A stretch of DNA of 64,000 nt, taken from positions 72,168,001 to 72,232,000 of the forward strand of contig OX597823.1 of NCBI GenBank assembly GCA_951406725.2, written 5' to 3'. Position 1 is the stretch's first letter, and every line of letters begins with the position of its first letter. The notes beneath the pieces were generated by a model. It was not told where the DNA came from, ran no database searches, and worked only from the letters and a program-made list of their open reading frames with translations. This DNA comes from Octopus vulgaris (lineage: Eukaryota). The position numbers and the translations under genes are program-made. Positions 24,481-37,269 of the stretch are shown here, piece after piece.

Positions 24481-26647
24481 TGTCCCAGAGCACAAGGCCA
24501 AAACAAATAGGAGCAAGATTCCAAGAGACAGGAAGATCCTCATGAGACGATGGACGAAGGTTGCAAATCGTCTCAACCCACATCCCAAAAGTAGCGAAAC
24601 GTCCCGCCTAAAAACAACACTGATGGAGATCGAAAAAAGGCTGCATCAATCCTATGTGAAGGAGAAAGCAGACAAAGAAGCCTGGGTTATAAAAAACATT
24701 AAATCAAACCCAAAGGCCTTCTTTCATTACGCGAAAGAAACAGTCTCCGTGCACTACAAGATAGGACCCCTCCTCCAAAAGGATGGCTCCATCACAGACA
24801 GTCCAACTATGATCAGTGAGATGCTGAATGACCAGTTCAAAAGTGTCTTTACCACCCCCGTTGGAACACAGACAAGTGAACGAACCAGTGGATTTCTTTG
24901 CCGCCTCACCTATAACCAGCGAGGCGGTTACAATAGAATGTATTGACATTAGCGAAAAAGATGTCCTACTAGCTATAGATGAAGTGGACACAAACTCAGC
25001 TACTGGTCCAGACGGTTTCCCAGCCATCCTCCTCAAAGCGTGTAAGCATGCCCTGGCAAAACCCCTCGAGATTCTCTTCCAGAGCTTTCTTGCGAATGGC
25101 AAACTGCCAAGCAAGCTGAAGGAGGGAATAATATGCCCAATACATAAAGGGGGAAGTAGAGCAGATGCCAAAAACTATAGGCCTATCTCTCTGACTTCAC
25201 ACATCAGCAAAGTCATGGAAAGGATAGTCAGAAAGAAACTAATAATCGCATTCCTTGAGGAAAATAACTTGCTGAGTAATACCCAGCATGGTTTTCGACC
25301 ATGTAGGATCTGCCTGACCCAGCTCTTACAGCATTATGACTGGGTGTTGAGGCAGTTAGTTACTCAACAAATCAAATGTGGACGTAATCTACCTTGATTT
25401 TGCAAAAGCTTTTGACAAGGTGGTATTTTGATCATGGTATGATATGCCACAAACTACGTGACCTCGGCATAGCTGGAAAACTTGGAGTGTGGTTGCATGA
25501 CTTCCTGAAAGATAGGAGTCAGGCAGTAGTTGTTAATGGAGCCACCTCTATGAACACACAAATAGTGAGCGGTGTTCCACAGGGCACTGTCTTGGGACCA
25601 CTGCTTTTTATAGTGGCCCTCTCAGATATGCCCTCAAATGCCCGAATAGCCACTCTGTTCAGCTATGCAGACGATACGAAAGTCTCGTAGAAAATACAGA
25701 ACCCCAGCGATGTTGCACACCTGCAGCAGGAGATGGACTCAATCTACAGATGGGCTGAGGATAATAATATGCAGTTTAATGCTGAAAAATTCCAGGCCCT
25801 GCGATACCAGCATCCAAAACTGAATATTAAACTTACAGGATACACCAGTCCACAGGGAATTTCAATCCCAGAGCCTAAGTCTGTGAGGGACCTGGGTATC
25901 GACATGAGTGATGATACCTCTTTTCAAGTGCACATTACCAGGATGGCGACAAAATGCAGACGACTGGCTGGGTGGATCCTAAGAACATTCAGAACCAGAA
26001 ATAAGGAAACCACGATGGTCCTCTGGCGGACATTCGTCCTCAGTCGCCTGGATTACTGCTCACAGCTATGGTCACCCACCAGTGTAAAATTAACAGCGGA
26101 CCTTGAAGCAATCCAGAGAAGATTCACAAAGAAGATCGTCTCTTTGCAACAGCTCAGCTACTGGGAAAGGTTGAAACAGCTAAGACTCTACTCCCTGGAG
26201 AGAAGACGGGAGAGGTATGCAGTAATATATGTCTGGAAGATCCTTGAAGGAATTGTGCCAAATTTTGGCATTATAAGCTACACCAATGCTAGAACGGGAC
26301 GACACTGCATAGTGCCAAAGATCCCAGCAATGCCATCACGCTTCAGGACCAGCTTCTGCAACTGCCTGGGTTTCAAGGGCCCACAGCTTTTTAATATTCT
26401 CCCAAAGAGTTTGAGGAACTTGCACAAAGTAGATGTAGCGGTTTTTAAATCAAAGCTGGACATCTTCCTGTCAAGAGTCCTAGATGAACCTACCTCACGG
26501 CAAGAGGTGAAAATGAGAGTTGCTGTATCAAACTCCATTCTTCACCAAGTGCCACATATTAGACGAGGTTCGTCGCAATAACAGTGTAGCACAAAACGGC
26601 GGTGCATCAACATGGCCGCAGCTCTGAGCTGAAACTAGAAAAAAAAA
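24481..26647 (+). mobile_element. 5'-truncated CR1/L2-group non-LTR retrotransposon ORF2 (reverse transcriptase), frameshifted
   Basis: Consecutive ORFs carry NPKAFFHYAK, GPDGFP, NYRPISLTSHISKVMERIV, QHGFR, DFAKAFDKV, SGVPQGTVLGPLLF, YADDT, LDYCSQLWSP and SYWERLKQLRLYSLERRRER. There are at least two frameshifts and a stop at 25688. A-rich tail; (TA)n on both sides. Confidence 0.95.
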
Positions 26648-26651
26648 TATA

Positions 26652-26719
<68 letters not shown>

Positions 26720-26724
<5 letters not shown>

Positions 26725-27538
26725 GGCAGTTTGTCTGTCTGTGTGTCTGTCAGGTTGTACCCTCACCCTGACCACGGCTTTCAACCGATTCTGATGAAAC
26801 TTGACACACACATAGCCCAATGTCATAATTCAAAACTAACGCAGCGAAAATTTTGAAAAGTTCCTCCAGTTCTGAAGAAAATTGATAAATTCGACATGGG
26901 GTCGAGAATCTAAGCTTCTTATATGCAACACATTTTCTGTTGTAGTTTTTGCAACTTGCAATCGATTTTCACCAATCTCATGGTGAAACTTAATGTTACC
27001 CTGAGAAACTTAATTCTGACGTTAGTTTTCCATGCAATACCTTACCATCAGAAAAAATTGATAAAATCATACCATTTTGGGAAATCGCGTTCAAATTCAA
27101 GATGACATATTTTCGACAGTATCTTTCACAATTTGGCAGGGATTTTTTTTTTATTCACAGCGAGCATCATGTCTGCTCCAAGGAGCTATATGGCCCTTTT
27201 TATTCCAATAGGATACTTTATTACTGGAAAAAAATCGGTTAATTAAATCATATGTGGCACACATAGCAAACCGATTTGTGTATTAAACACAAACCACAGA
27301 CTGTCTAGGGGACGCAACTCGACCTTTTTAACTCTCTTGAGAGGCGCAATGATGTTTTCATGTTTTCGCCTAAAGGGACAGCTAGGAACATCGTATACAC
27401 AGAAGTATTCCAGTGAAGAGAAGACATTGCAACCTACACATGCGCCTTCGTTCCCTAGGGGGAAAGGACTGGATTGGGATTAGTCGTTGCCTACTAGGGG
27501 CTCTTACATACCCGGGCAACGCCGGGCTATGCTGCTAG
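26720..27538 (+). mobile_element. Non-autonomous Helitron
   Basis: 3' hairpin CCCGGGCAACGCCGGG (27511-27526), then CTAG (27535-27538) followed by T. Residual helicase C-terminus FSPKGTARNIVYTEVFQ* (~27360-27416). (TCTG)-rich 5' region. The 5' TC is not resolved within the (TA)n. Confidence 0.8.
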
Positions 27539-27541
27539 TTT

Positions 27542-27575
<34 letters not shown>

Positions 27576-27589
27576 CATATATGCTTAGA

Positions 27590-27800
27590 TCTATGTGTTT
27601 TTGTGTCCTTTACCCCACTACTGCTTGAAAATTAATGTTGGTTTGTTTACGTTTCCATGACATGGCGATTAGGCCAAACCGATCGATATAGCAAGTACTA
27701 AACCTAATGAATCAATGCTAGTGTCGATTTGCACGACTAAACCATTCAAGGTGGTGCCCAAGCATGGCCACAGTCCAATGACTAAAACAATTAAAAGATA
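27590..27800 (+). mobile_element. SINE family B, 3' half, degenerate
   Basis: GTTGGTTTGTTTACGT...GTCGATTTGCACGACTAAA...GGTGGTGCCCAAGCATGGCCACAGTCCAATGACT. Confidence 0.7.
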
Positions 27801-27934
27801 AATGATGAAAAATATAATAAAAATGAAACAAAATTAGCGATAAATACAGGTGTTGCTCATACATATCCGACGGAGATTTACTTCTTCCATAGATTCCTCA
27901 TGAACTTTCTCATTTCCTAGCTTTTAGTCCATTT

Positions 27935-28126
27935 ATACATGTGTGTATATGTGTCTGGGTGCATGGGGAAATGTGCATGTACGTACACGTGTATGCGTTG
28001 ATGTGTGCGAGACTGTGGTTTTATATGTGTGTATGAGAGAGCGTGTGTGTGTGCGTGTGCTTGTGAGTGTGTGTATGCATGTGAGTGTTGTGTGACTATA
28101 TGCGTGTGTGTATGTGCGTGTCTTTG

Positions 28127-28181
<55 letters not shown>

Positions 28182-28540
28182 ATGTGTGTGTGAGTGTGTG
28201 TGTTTGTATGGGTGTGAGTGCGTGTGTCTGTGTGTTTGATGTCTGTGTGTATGTGTGTATGTCTGTGTGCGTGTGCATGTGAGTGTGCGTGTGTGCGTGT
28301 GAGTGTTGTGTGACCGTATGCGTGTGTGCATGTGCGTGTGTGTGTTTGTGCATGTATGTATATGTGAGTATGTGTGTGAGTGTGTGTGTTTGTATGTGTG
28401 TGAGTGCATGTGTGTGTCTGTCTGTGTGTGTATGTGTGTATGTTTGTATGTGTGTGAGTATGTGTGTGTGTCTCTGTGTGTGTGTGTATGTGTGTATGTG
28501 TATGTATGTGTGTCTATGTATGTGCGTGTGTATGAGTATG
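27935..28540. repeat. Compound (TG)n/(TA)n low-complexity tract
   Basis: Directly visible. Confidence 0.9.
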
Positions 28541-29938
28541 CATTACAATATCCATTGATTTGGAGGCGGTTTTTAAAACTTCTGATCGTCTGCAAAACTT
28601 CTGATCGACTAAATCTGAAAATAATCGACGTGCAGATAGAAAGAAAACGCTACACGCTTCACATACGCTAATCAATTGACTCTTTTCATTGTTGCATAGG
28701 ATTAGATAAATATGTAACGCGTGTCCGATGGTTTTAAATAGGGATAACATTCTTCTTTTTACGTTCCGACTGTTCGTAATACTAAATAGGAGAAAAAAAA
28801 AACTGTAGCAGTGTAATTGATACTATCATTCTTGATTTTCGTTATTTTTTATTCCATTATTCCAGCTTTCACTCTGAATATGACAAAAAGACATAAGTTT
28901 TAGTCTATTGTAGGAATATGGTGAGTATTTTCATGGTAATATGACAACTACTCCACATAACGAGATACTGCCTTTATGTACGTATATGTACCGCTATATA
29001 GCAAGAGCAGTCTACACGAATATGTACGTATTTGTGCCCACTTATGTGTGTGTGTATGCTTGAGAATGTGCATGTATTGTGTATGTAAAGTTCAGTCTGC
29101 AACTGACAGCCGTAAAGAGTGAGAGGAATATTGTTGTGTCTCCAACGACATTAAGGGTTTTTTTGTATTTTTTTTTGTTTTTTTTTTTTTTTTTTTTCCA
29201 TAAGTAAATGTATGGACAAGCACGTTGATTGTCTACTTCACTGCTCACACAAGTTGCAACAATTATATATATATGCATATAAAAAATAGATATATACACG
29301 TATATACATACATACATATATGTGCGTGTGTGTTCCTGCGCATATATATATAAATATAAATGCCCATGTAAATATATATATGTGTCTATATGTGTGTGTG
29401 TATGTGCATATGTATGTGAGTGACAAGACAGAATGTGGGGGAGTGTTTGAGTTGGAGATTTGCGACTGGGAAATAAAGGGGGATAAATTGAACTCTCATT
29501 TTTATGTTTTACTTCATCTCTCTAAATAGTATTTTTTCGTCACTCTTGAATACTTGAATCGTATTCGGCTTGAATTTGCTATCATTATCATATACTTAAA
29601 GCTGTGTACGTGTGTTCAACTATGTGTATACCGTTCAACTATGTGTATGTGTATATAATGTGGACGTTATTTCTCACTAGTACTACATCTACCTATTTCA
29701 TGTGCACCGTCGTCATTAACTGCATCCACTCTGCCATTTTCATTACTATATCCACTATCCTTGCCACCATCAATAAATATATCAAAAAGCCACCATCATC
29801 GCTACATTCGTCAGAATCCTCATCACTACAACCTCTATATCCATCACGATAGCACATAATTACAACCACTCAGTCGTCATCTTTACATCCACTGTACTAA
29901 CCCTATAACTAGCCACATCCACCACCACCACCATCACC

Positions 29939-29991
<53 letters not shown>

Positions 29992-30389
29992 AGAACTGCC
30001 GGGGCTATCGCCAAAACTGTCATTCGCAGCATTATCAGTCATAACATGAACCACAATAACTCTTATTATCTCCAATAATATCAAAACCATTAACATTATC
30101 TCCACACTATCACCCATATTAATATTCATATACTAAATGCACTTCGACTACGACTGACAGTCAATTCACTAGCCTAGCCATAGTGATACCAATCATCAGC
30201 AGAACATTTACTGAATTACTTCATTTAATAGGACTGCCTCAATTTTAAGGTTTCTCCATCACCATCACCACCACCTCCACTTCTTCGGCCCTTAGGTGGC
30301 CTTCAGTACCACATATATAGCAACTCAACCTTCCCCTCCGTAAACTCATGCGTCTGCGGCTAACAAAAATAAGACAATACTAATAATTG

Positions 30390-30600
30390 CTTAAAATTTT
30401 GGCCCAAGGCCAGCAGCTTTAGGGGGAGGAAGTAGTCGATTACATCGATTTCAGTGCTCAACTAGTACTTATTTTATCGACCCGGAAAGGACGAAAGATA
30501 AAGTTGAACTTCGCAGTATTTGAACTCAGAACGTAAAGAGTCGGAGAAAATGCGGCTAAGTATTTTCTCTGAGACACCAACGATTCTAAGAGCACGGTAC
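30390..30600 (-). mobile_element. SINE family C
   Basis: GTCGATTACATCGA...CAACTAGTACTTATTTTATCGACCCGGAAAGG...TTTGAACTCAGAACGTAAAG. Confidence 0.75.
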
Positions 30601-30737
30601 CTTTACAATATTAATAATAAACCTTTCTACTATAGGCACATAGCCAGAAACTATGTTATGGGGAGGGTGAGTTGATAGCATCAACTCCATTGCTCATGTG
30701 GTACTTGTTTCGCAATGATAATAATAATAATAATAAT

Positions 30738-31207
30738 ATTATAAAAGATGGGCTACAGCAAATATTCTGCTCAATACCACAGATTTGCTTGTCAGTTGTT
30801 TGACCTTCACCAGTTGAGCATATCCCGTAGTGGCTGATAATATGCGCATCTCTGACTATGAGCAGAAGTAGTGGGGGAGCATCATAGTCGTGTGTTGAAA
30901 GGAATTCTTGGAGGTTTGGATAATACACCTTTGGAAACATGGGTTGTTCGTTCAACATCCTTAAACAACCCTTATTCAGAGACCTTTTGAGCGGGATGGG
31001 TTACTCGACCAGAAGAAAATTCTAACTGGGCCCCACCTGCAAGGTCATGTGCTGTTTATCTTGATATGAGATCACCATGTCGCGCACATATGGTTTTGAT
31101 GCATGCGCCTAGTGTACCCTTATCTGACGGGTAGTCATGATGGGTGTACTGGGTTTCGTATATTTTACCCCAGTGTCACTTTGATGGCATGCACTACTCT
31201 TTCACTC
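30738..31207. mobile_element. ~470-bp element embedded in (AAT)n on both sides
   Basis: A comparatively GC-rich unique block bounded by (AAT)n at 30719-30737 and 31208-31228. Its mobile nature is inferred. Confidence 0.5.
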
Positions 31208-31500
31208 AATAATAATAATAATAATAATACTCTTTGTATTTCTTCGAGCATTTGTAAACAACTGCTCCATGAAATACAAAAATAAAATGTCCATTAATGA
31301 AGGGACTTACAAAACGCGTGGATTTGGACAAAAATATTGTTAAAATATGATGGGTGAGATAAAAGAATTGTACACCTACATTGAGGATAAATTAAAAAAT
31401 TATAAAATAAATGGTTAAGCAGAAATAATTAAAAGTATAAGACAGACATTAATTGAAGCAAAATATAAAAGACAAATTTAAGAATGAAAAAGTTGTTTTT

Positions 31501-33068
31501 GTTATAGTCTACTCTCGGGTAAGAAACCACCGGCTAGTATAGGTCAGAGCAACCGCCTTCATTACTCATCCGCCATTTCATTACTCACCCGCCATTTCAT
31601 ATACTGCTGTCTGTGCACTCAAAAAGGTGCTTTAACAGTTTTTTTAGTTGGTTGGGGTAGAAAACAAGCTATGTCATCTAGATATGTCTACTTCATTTCA
31701 TTGTAATATTTTTGTAATACTTTAACAGAGAATCTGTCAGTGCATAACTTTTGTATTCCAACCCTGATTACCCACATCACAGATACGTGAATTTGCCTTT
31801 TGGACGTTGGTTTAATCTTCGAAGGACATCAGTGTTGTTTTGATGGGGTTGCTTCTCCTTACAACTTCTTGTTGTCTTTTCTTGCTGTTCATTGTCCTTT
31901 TTTATGACTTATTAACCATCATTTTTTCTGTTTATATTTCCTTTAACACATTGGATATTTGCCAATGCTACTATTATCTCTCTTGGTCACATAACGATGG
32001 AGTGATGTTTCTGGTTACTACCGTTAGCGGGTGGTATGTGTGCTCGCTTGTTTCCATGACAGGGCTTGAAATAACCACCTCCACCATTCTAGAAAACTGT
32101 AACCGTTTGTGCTCTGGAAAATGAGGCTTGCTGCTAAGTAATCTCCGCTGTTTTCCTACCGTGTTTGCTTTCCTACGCTTTTCAGTTCCTCAGGAAAAAT
32201 GTTTTCATGTATTTATTAATACTACACAAGTAACAACAAGGCCTTTGGCTTTGCATCATCAGTTTCATACCTTTGTGTTATTTCTCTAGACTGGTTACAA
32301 ATTCAGTTTGGCCTTGTGACAATTGAGAGTTATAGGACTTGCAGATCCATTTTTATTCCACCCTTATCAATTGTCACATTCATTATTTCCATTTCAGTTA
32401 CCCACCCACATTGAAATACAAAAGTGATGGCTGCCTAGTTTCGGTATTCGTTGCTTTGAATGCCGTCAGTCGCCACTCTTGTACTTCTCTATTCTATATA
32501 TTGGAACATAAATGTGGTAAATCTAGTGTATCTTCGGACTTGAAATAGCAACAGATGATACCAGACCGTTTCCCTTTCGGTGCATCTTGTAACTATTGCT
32601 TCGGTGATAACTGGAAACCGTTCTCATCCTTATTAAAACATAGATACAGTATTATTTCTTTGATCTCTCTCTTAGATTAGATCTTATAACAAAAGGACGT
32701 TGAGTGGTTTTATAAAATTATTTCAATTATTTCTTTATTCTGAGACTTGTGTTAAACCAAAAATTCTGTTTGTGTCAAAACAAATGCAAAATTAGCGTCA
32801 TCAACACTACTGTCTCTGCACAAGTGTGGTTGTTGGTGTTATTGCTAACATTCAAAAGGTGTTTAACATTATTTTTTCTACTATTAATTGCTCATTAAAA
32901 GGTCATTAACATCTTTTTATACAATCTCTGATGTAAATTGTTTTAGCATTTTTTTTTTGCTTTCTATACTCGGCGTATTTGGGAGATACTTTGAACAAGA
33001 ATAGTTGTTAAAATGTGCTTAAAACAAAATTTATTGAGTAAACCGAGGGGTTGGAGCCAGACTATAAC
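31501..33068. mobile_element. Candidate decayed DNA transposon with terminal inverted repeats
   Basis: GTTATAGTCT-ACTCTCGGGTAA at 31501 versus TAAACCGAGGGGTTGGAGCC-AGACTATAAC ending at 33068. Subterminal 19-bp tandem repeats CCGCCATTTCATTACTCA at 31550-31600. Confidence 0.35.
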
Positions 33069-33135
33069 TTGGTAACTATATATGGGTGCATGGTTGTATA
33101 ATATACATACCTCTCTCTTTCTCTCTTTCTCTCTT

Positions 33136-33174
<39 letters not shown>

Positions 33175-33284
33175 GTGTGTATACATAAATGTAATATAAT
33201 ATATATATTATATCTACACACACATATATATAAGTATATATATATTTATATATGTATATATGTATGTATACACACACACACACG

Positions 33285-33322
<38 letters not shown>

Positions 33323-34111
33323 TATATACATTGGTACGTGCTTGTAAGACGTTGTTACTCGTCTCCAAAATTTGTTCGGCGTTATAACGATTCTACCAGC
33401 CTGCTACTTTAACCTGCCTTGATATTATTAAAGAAATATATTAAGATGACGTTTCAATATGTCGATGCTTTAGCGTGGCCTTGTCAGTGATGGCTAAAAG
33501 GAGTTAAAAATCTAGAGAAAATGAATAATTGGATTGAAGAAATGAGGCACCACAAAATAGAAAGAATGAATTTTAATATACATCGTAAAGTCTTCGTACA
33601 GCCGTTGTACTAGAGCCTTGTTGTCACCCAATGGCTGGTACCAGTAAAATACTAAAAAAAATGTAATGGTGAAACGGAAAATGATATAATAAAGAAATTC
33701 ACTAACACGAAGTTAACAAGAAAGAAAGCAAGATAAAATTTATAAAAAGAATGCGAAGAAAGCTAGAAAGAAAGAACGAAGAAAAAAGAATGAGAAACAA
33801 TGGTGCGTTAAAGAAAAAGTACAGGGGAAAAGATTTTTAAAAAAAATTGCAAAGACAAAAAAAAACAGTTAGAAAAATTTTAACAACTGACCATTCCTTC
33901 CGGTTCTATTCACTGATTATCTCTTCTTAATATTTAATCAATCAGTTTGAAAAATTACAATTTCATTCCGTATTTTAACAATTTTAGTGAAGACATTGGA
34001 AGAAGTTACTTTTGGTGATAAAAACATCTGTGTATCCACCATTTCTATTTAGTATTATTATTCGTCTTTTATGTTGAAAAATTCTATTTCAGGTTGGCTG
34101 TGTAGTATCAC

Positions 34112-34782
34112 TTGTTGTTGTTGTTGTTGTTCTTCTTCTTCTTCTTCTTCTTCTTCTTCTTCTTCTTCTTCTTCTTCTTTTCCTTCTTCTTCTTCTTCTT
34201 TTCCTTCTTCTTTTTCTTCTCCTCCTCCTCCTCCTCCTCCTCCTTCTTCTTCTTCTTCTTCTTCTTCTCCTTCTTCTTCTTCTTCTTCTCCTCCTCCTCC
34301 TTCTTCTTCTTCTTCTTCTTCTTCTTCTTCTTCTTCTTCTTCTTCTTCTTCTTCTTCTTCTTCTTCTTCTTCTTCTTCTTCTTCTTCTTCTTCTTCTTCT
34401 TCTTCTTTTTCTTCTCCCCCTCCTCCTCCTCCTCCTCCTCCTCCTCCTTCTTCTTATTATTCTCCTCCTCCTTTTTCTTCTCTCCCCCTCCTCCTCCTCC
34501 TCCTCCTCCTCCTTCTTCTTATTCTGCTTCTCCTCCTTCTCTTTCTTCTTCTTATTCTCCTCCACCTCCTCCTTCTTCTTCTTTTCTTCTTCTTTTCCTT
34601 CTTTTTCTCCTCCTTCTCCTCCTCCTCCTCCTCCTTCTTCTTCTCCTCCTCCTCCTCCTCCTTCTTCGTCTTCTTCTTCTTCTTCTCCTTCTTCTTCTTT
34701 CTCTTCTTCTTCTACTTCTTCTTCTCCTCCTCCACCTCCTCCTCCTCCACCTCCTTCTTCTTCTTCTTCGTCTTCTTCTTCT

Positions 34783-34817
<35 letters not shown>

Positions 34818-34855
34818 TTCCTCTTCTTCTTCGTCTTCTTCTTCTACTTTTTCTT
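34112..34855. repeat. ~740-bp (TTC)n/(TCC)n homopyrimidine tract
   Basis: Directly visible. Confidence 0.95.
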
Positions 34856-35269
34856 GTAGCTTTCCAAGCTACATTCGTTACGTCAAGCCTAAGCCACTTT
34901 TACCTGTCCTTCATCCCCACAATTTGACCCTATATTTTTACTGCAATCGTCGGCTTGTAGCTACTCGGTAAGAATAAAAGCCTCGCCAATTTACGTCTCA
35001 GGGTGTCAGCGAAAATTATGATTGCGATTCTTTTCTCCGGACCCATGGTACTAAATAATGATAATGATGATGATGCGAACGTTGTTACCTATGACAACGT
35101 AAGAGGCAGCGTTTCAGAAACTTGATCACTAAATCTTATGGTACAGTTGATACTGTCTGAATCAGCGAGAGCCAAGTTAGTGCAGGCTGTGATGGTGCCA
35201 TCTAGGAACTTCCAATCCGAGATATGAAAATTCTACGAAGTCAACAATCAGGCAACTTCGCTAAATTTG

Positions 35270-35615
35270 GTCAGCGATTCCGAGGGAGAGGGTAAGCCGA
35301 TTTCATTGACACTATTACTCAACTAGTGCACATTTTATCCACCCCGAAATAGTGACAGGCAAGGTCGACCTTGGCGGAATTTTAACTCAGAAGGTAAAGA
35401 TGGACGAAATGCCGCCAAGCATTTTGCCCAGCGTCTCCCTTATTCTGGTAAGTAATATCAAAGGAGCAAGTAAGCCGGTGAGCTGGCAGAATCGTTAGCA
35501 CGCTGGGTAAAAATGCATAGCAGCATTTCTTCCCACTTTTACATTCTGAGTTCAAATGTCGCCAGAGTAGGCTTTGCCTTTCCTCCTTTCCGGGTCGATA
35601 AAACAAGTATCAGTC
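35270..35615. mobile_element. Two divergent SINE-C copies (35270-35430 minus; 35475-35615 plus)
   Basis: GGCAAGGTCGACCTTGGCGGAATTTTAACTCAGAA and GGTGAGCTGGCAGAATCGTTAGCACG...GAGTTCAAAT...CCTTTCCGGGTCGATAAAA. Confidence 0.75.
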
Positions 35616-36949
35616 GGGTTTGGCGAGTATAGGAGCTGCATCTGATAGCAACATTTGAAAATGTTTGGTATTGTCAGAATATTTCCCCCTGAATTGACCT
35701 GATGTGTTTTCGCATTTGGTGCGGATCTCTAATTTGTAGAGTGATTGTTGAGTGAAGGATGACTATTCTGCAGGACTTTTGCTGAGTATATGAAATGTGG
35801 AGTTACATGCAAATCACGCTACAAAAACAACCTTAACGGAGCCTTTTTATTTCAGGAACAGTGTATTGAATGAGTAAAAACAAAGAGAAACAGGTAACAA
35901 TCATCTTAGAAAGGAAACGAAATAACAGCGATTTTAACAAAATTGTGGTTTTGAGTAGAAGTGTTATAATTTACCATCAGAAAGTCATGAACATCACAAT
36001 ATCCTATCTTCTGAAACTAGAAATATCAAATGTCGTGACTACCTAGAAAGCATTATTAAATGCGTCTAATCTTAAAGTCAATATTGACTATTGTAGACAG
36101 AGTAAAAATAAAAACAAATACAATATGTAGTGAATATGAAAGTTTTAATATTCTCTCCACACTGAATATGGATGAATTTTTCAGTTTAAGAGCTGGAAAG
36201 CATCCGGTGAACAAATTAAAACAGGAAACCAAGAAAGCGAAAACTTGAAAATAGAAGTGAGAGGAGAATCTGGGGAAGAGAAACGGAAAAAAATAGAAAT
36301 ATTAATAGAACTGGCGAAATTGTTAAAAAGGAAGAAAATATGATACATACATTTTATACGTGAATGCCTGTCTAGGTGTGTGCATGTAAGTATGCATGTT
36401 TGTTGAACATTATTGTCAGTTTTGATGAGAGAAAACTAATAACGAATATCGAGTCTTTCAACCGCTTTACACCATAACAACCTCAACTCTTATTTTATTG
36501 CATCTCATTTAAGATTTTTTAAAAGCAGAATACAGACAACATATGCCGAACTACATTCCCTATTACAGTCTTCCCTTACACTTTACTAAAACAGTTCTTG
36601 CATATTTCATGAGAATTCATTGAATATTTTTAGCACAAATCTGTTTCATTTTTCATGACTGTATGAACTTCAAGATGGTTGGATAAAAAGCAATAGCAGC
36701 TAAATTCCCAAATCGCTTACTAAAATGAAAATATATAAATTAACCTTAAAGTTGATATGAATATAATACATTTATAAAATCTGGTACTCTTATAATTAAA
36801 ATAACGCAGGTTACATTTTGGAGCTCTATTATAATGGGAAGAAAATTTATTGGTTTTACATTTTTAGGTATTTCTATCGAGCATAAGTAAAGATGAACCT
36901 GTTCTTAATGAAATTTCGATGCAATATAAAGGGCATAATTGAAATTATT

Positions 36950-37180
36950 ATGTACAAGTGAAATTTTGCAACACCACTACATCACATATGAAAAATGACG
37001 TCGCTTAAATGGCAGCCATTTTCGGCTTCGTACACCCGTTCTCTTTCGTAAACTTCCCCCATAACATTCTGATGAGTTTCATACCCCACTTTTCTGATTT
37101 CTCTATTGATATTGTCCATTAGTTGGACCAGGGTCTCCGGTTTGTAGACGTAAATGCTCTCTTTCAGATATCCCCACAAA
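36950..37180 (-). mobile_element. Tc1/mariner transposase C-terminus (inverted copy)
   Basis: LWGYLKESIYVYKPETLVQLMDNINREIRKV...AENGCHLSDVIF. Confidence 0.85.
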
Positions 37181-37269
37181 AAAAAAAATATGGGATAGTC
37201 AAGTTATTCTCTTTCCAAAATACTGCCGTAGCAACTGCATCGTTTCTCTTGCGGTATGAGAAGTTGCCC

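Noticed and set aside
24377-26581. Active RT gene, retron or DGR-like system
   Set aside because: It is an ordinary CR1/L2-type ORF2 with frameshifts, an internal stop and no endonuclease domain. There is no template/variable repeat pair.
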